Of a DNA stretch of 64,000 bases, positions 62,400 to 64,000 are shown piece after piece. The notes under the pieces are model-generated. The model searched no databases. It was given only the letters and a program-made list of their open reading frames with translations, and was not told where the DNA came from. The position numbers and the translations under genes were made by a program. The stretch's first letter is position 1. The number at the start of each line of letters is the position of its first letter. Origin of the DNA: Perkinsus olseni. Taxonomy: Eukaryota. The stretch is from positions 62,001 through 126,000 of the forward strand of contig JABANN010000016.1 of assembly GCA_013115125.1 (NCBI GenBank), read 5' to 3'.

Positions 62400-64000
62400 G
62401 CTGGCCTCCACCAGGCTCGCCGTGCTGAGGCATGCCGGAAAGTCGAGAGGGTCGTGATCGGGCAGGCTGCTGTCCCGGTCTGCGACCATTGCTGTTGACC
62501 TGTTCTGAACATTCTCAGTGGCAACATCGGACAGTGGGCTCACCGGCTTTCGCTTGGGGTCCCCCTTGTGTTTCCGAGGGGAGGCCTTTAGTAGAGTACT
62601 CCGTATCAATGGTAGGGAATTATTATTAACCTGTCAACGCCACATTTGCCTCAGCCTAGTAGCTGCGCCCACCCGTTTAATAAAGGCCGCGTACTGTGCT
62701 TGCTGTCTGCTGATGACACCCTTGCCCTGGGCCATGGTTGAGTTGACGTCGAAGTGGCAGACGATGAGGTCGTTGGGAGGGAGTTGCCGCCAATGCTTGA
62801 TCAACAGCGGCGACAGGTCCTCCTCCGACAGGTAGCAGGCCGTGTCCGTGGCGTCGTCCTAGAAGAGACACTCCCACACAGTCGCTTTGAGTAGTGCAGA
62901 CCTCGGGTTTTCGGTCCATGAGGGACTCCGTGGGGCGAGCGCTACGTTGCCTGAAGCGGCCGAGCAGATCTTGAAGCTGGCAAGCTAAATAGTCGCTCTG
63001 AGAGTCGCCTGAGCGAGGAGCTTCCCTTAAAGTCGGCGGAGGGTCGTACGGGAAATGGCGTCCAGTTGGTCTTCCACTACTTGTTCGATACCCAAGGCCT
63101 CGAACTCCCGTCGAACAGCAACTGCGAGGGACGAGGATATCTTTGCGACACGCGAGGTCCTTACGGGAGATGTCCGAGGGTGCGCCGACTAGGAGGTAGC
63201 CGATGAGCTCATACGTGGACTCGCAAATGTAGTTATCGTCGGAGGTTATGAGGGACACCAAAACCTGCTGGCATTTTGCCCGAGGCATGCTTCAACCTAA
63301 GATACCTCTAGGAAGCCCTGGTCGCTGCTGAGCCTTCTGATGCCTTCCTGGCGATTGCAGAGGCACACCACCAAAGCGAGACCCCACCGGACGCCGAAGC
63401 GGGACATCATGCCCTGCTCGATGCGGCCCATCATATTCTCCACCACATCTGACAGCAGTGAAGCCCCTGAGGGTGCCCATCAGGCCACGGGAGAGCCACT
63501 TTCTCGTAGCATGACGGTCTGTGCGTTGTAGCGCATGGAGAGCCTCTGCAGTGCAGCTAGCGAGTGCATGAACGCTGGGGAGTCGCAGGGGGCCTGCAGC
63601 ATGTTGCGGACCAGCTGGACGATGACCTGAAAGGCTGGCTTTACAAGACGCAAGTTACCCATCGTGAGCCGATTGCCCTCGAGAGAGTAAGCTTAGAAGA
63701 ACTCGAAGAAAGACTTTATCCTTCACGCCTTAAATTGACTATGAGCAACAACGGAGGAGCGACCCACGCTCGATTCGGCAGCCATGAACCAGCGCCCGAT
63801 GGCCTCGCAGGAGATGATCCCTATCATGCACGCTGCGAGATCGGACACGATGACATCAGGGCTGCAGAGAAGATCGAGGAGGAGAGTGTCGCCTGTTGTC
63901 GCCGGATCGCCAAGGGCCTGCGGGGCGGTGGTCAGGCTAGAGGGCGTCGGCAGAGGGCTACTACCCCCAAGCCAATCAGACCGAAGATGCATGAACGACG
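62400..64000 (-). CDS. 3' part of a spliced ARM/HEAT-repeat-like protein (possibly ARMC9-like); 5' end outside the window
   Basis: Helical peptides SLAALQRLSMRYNAQTVML and ALVVCLCNRQEG loosely recall ARMC9 (ALQKxSLR, ALLMNLCLR); 3' end approximate. Confidence 0.4.

Overview
Eukaryotic, GC-balanced DNA with many short GT-AG introns; gene content and style point to an alveolate protist, probably Perkinsus (inference, not verified). Left part (1-33 kb): tRNA-Ala(TGC) plus a damaged copy inside an intron of a mitochondrial-type hslU gene, an ankyrin-repeat gene, a single-domain voltage-gated cation channel with EF-hand, a tandem array of five intronless PHO84/Pht1-family phosphate transporters (with a gene-conversion tract and a shared structured 3' element), an atypical protein kinase and an NF-YB-like gene. 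Middle (33-55 kb): accessory region with two paralogous secreted-protein genes, many short palindromic patchworks, a 5'-truncated Ty3/gypsy-type pol (RNase H + integrase), a convergent five-exon PHD+RING gene, two mirrored G7 + tRNA-like modules bracketing that gene, a 53-bp minisatellite and an RTE-like LINE remnant. Right part (55-64 kb): AAGAB/p34, Rab GGTase alpha, pantoate-beta-alanine ligase, a small membrane protein and part of an ARM-repeat gene. The most interesting candidate system is the retrotransposon-adjacent PHD-RING gene flanked by tRNA-like Pol III modules. Exon boundaries were read by eye, and several gene ends are approximate.
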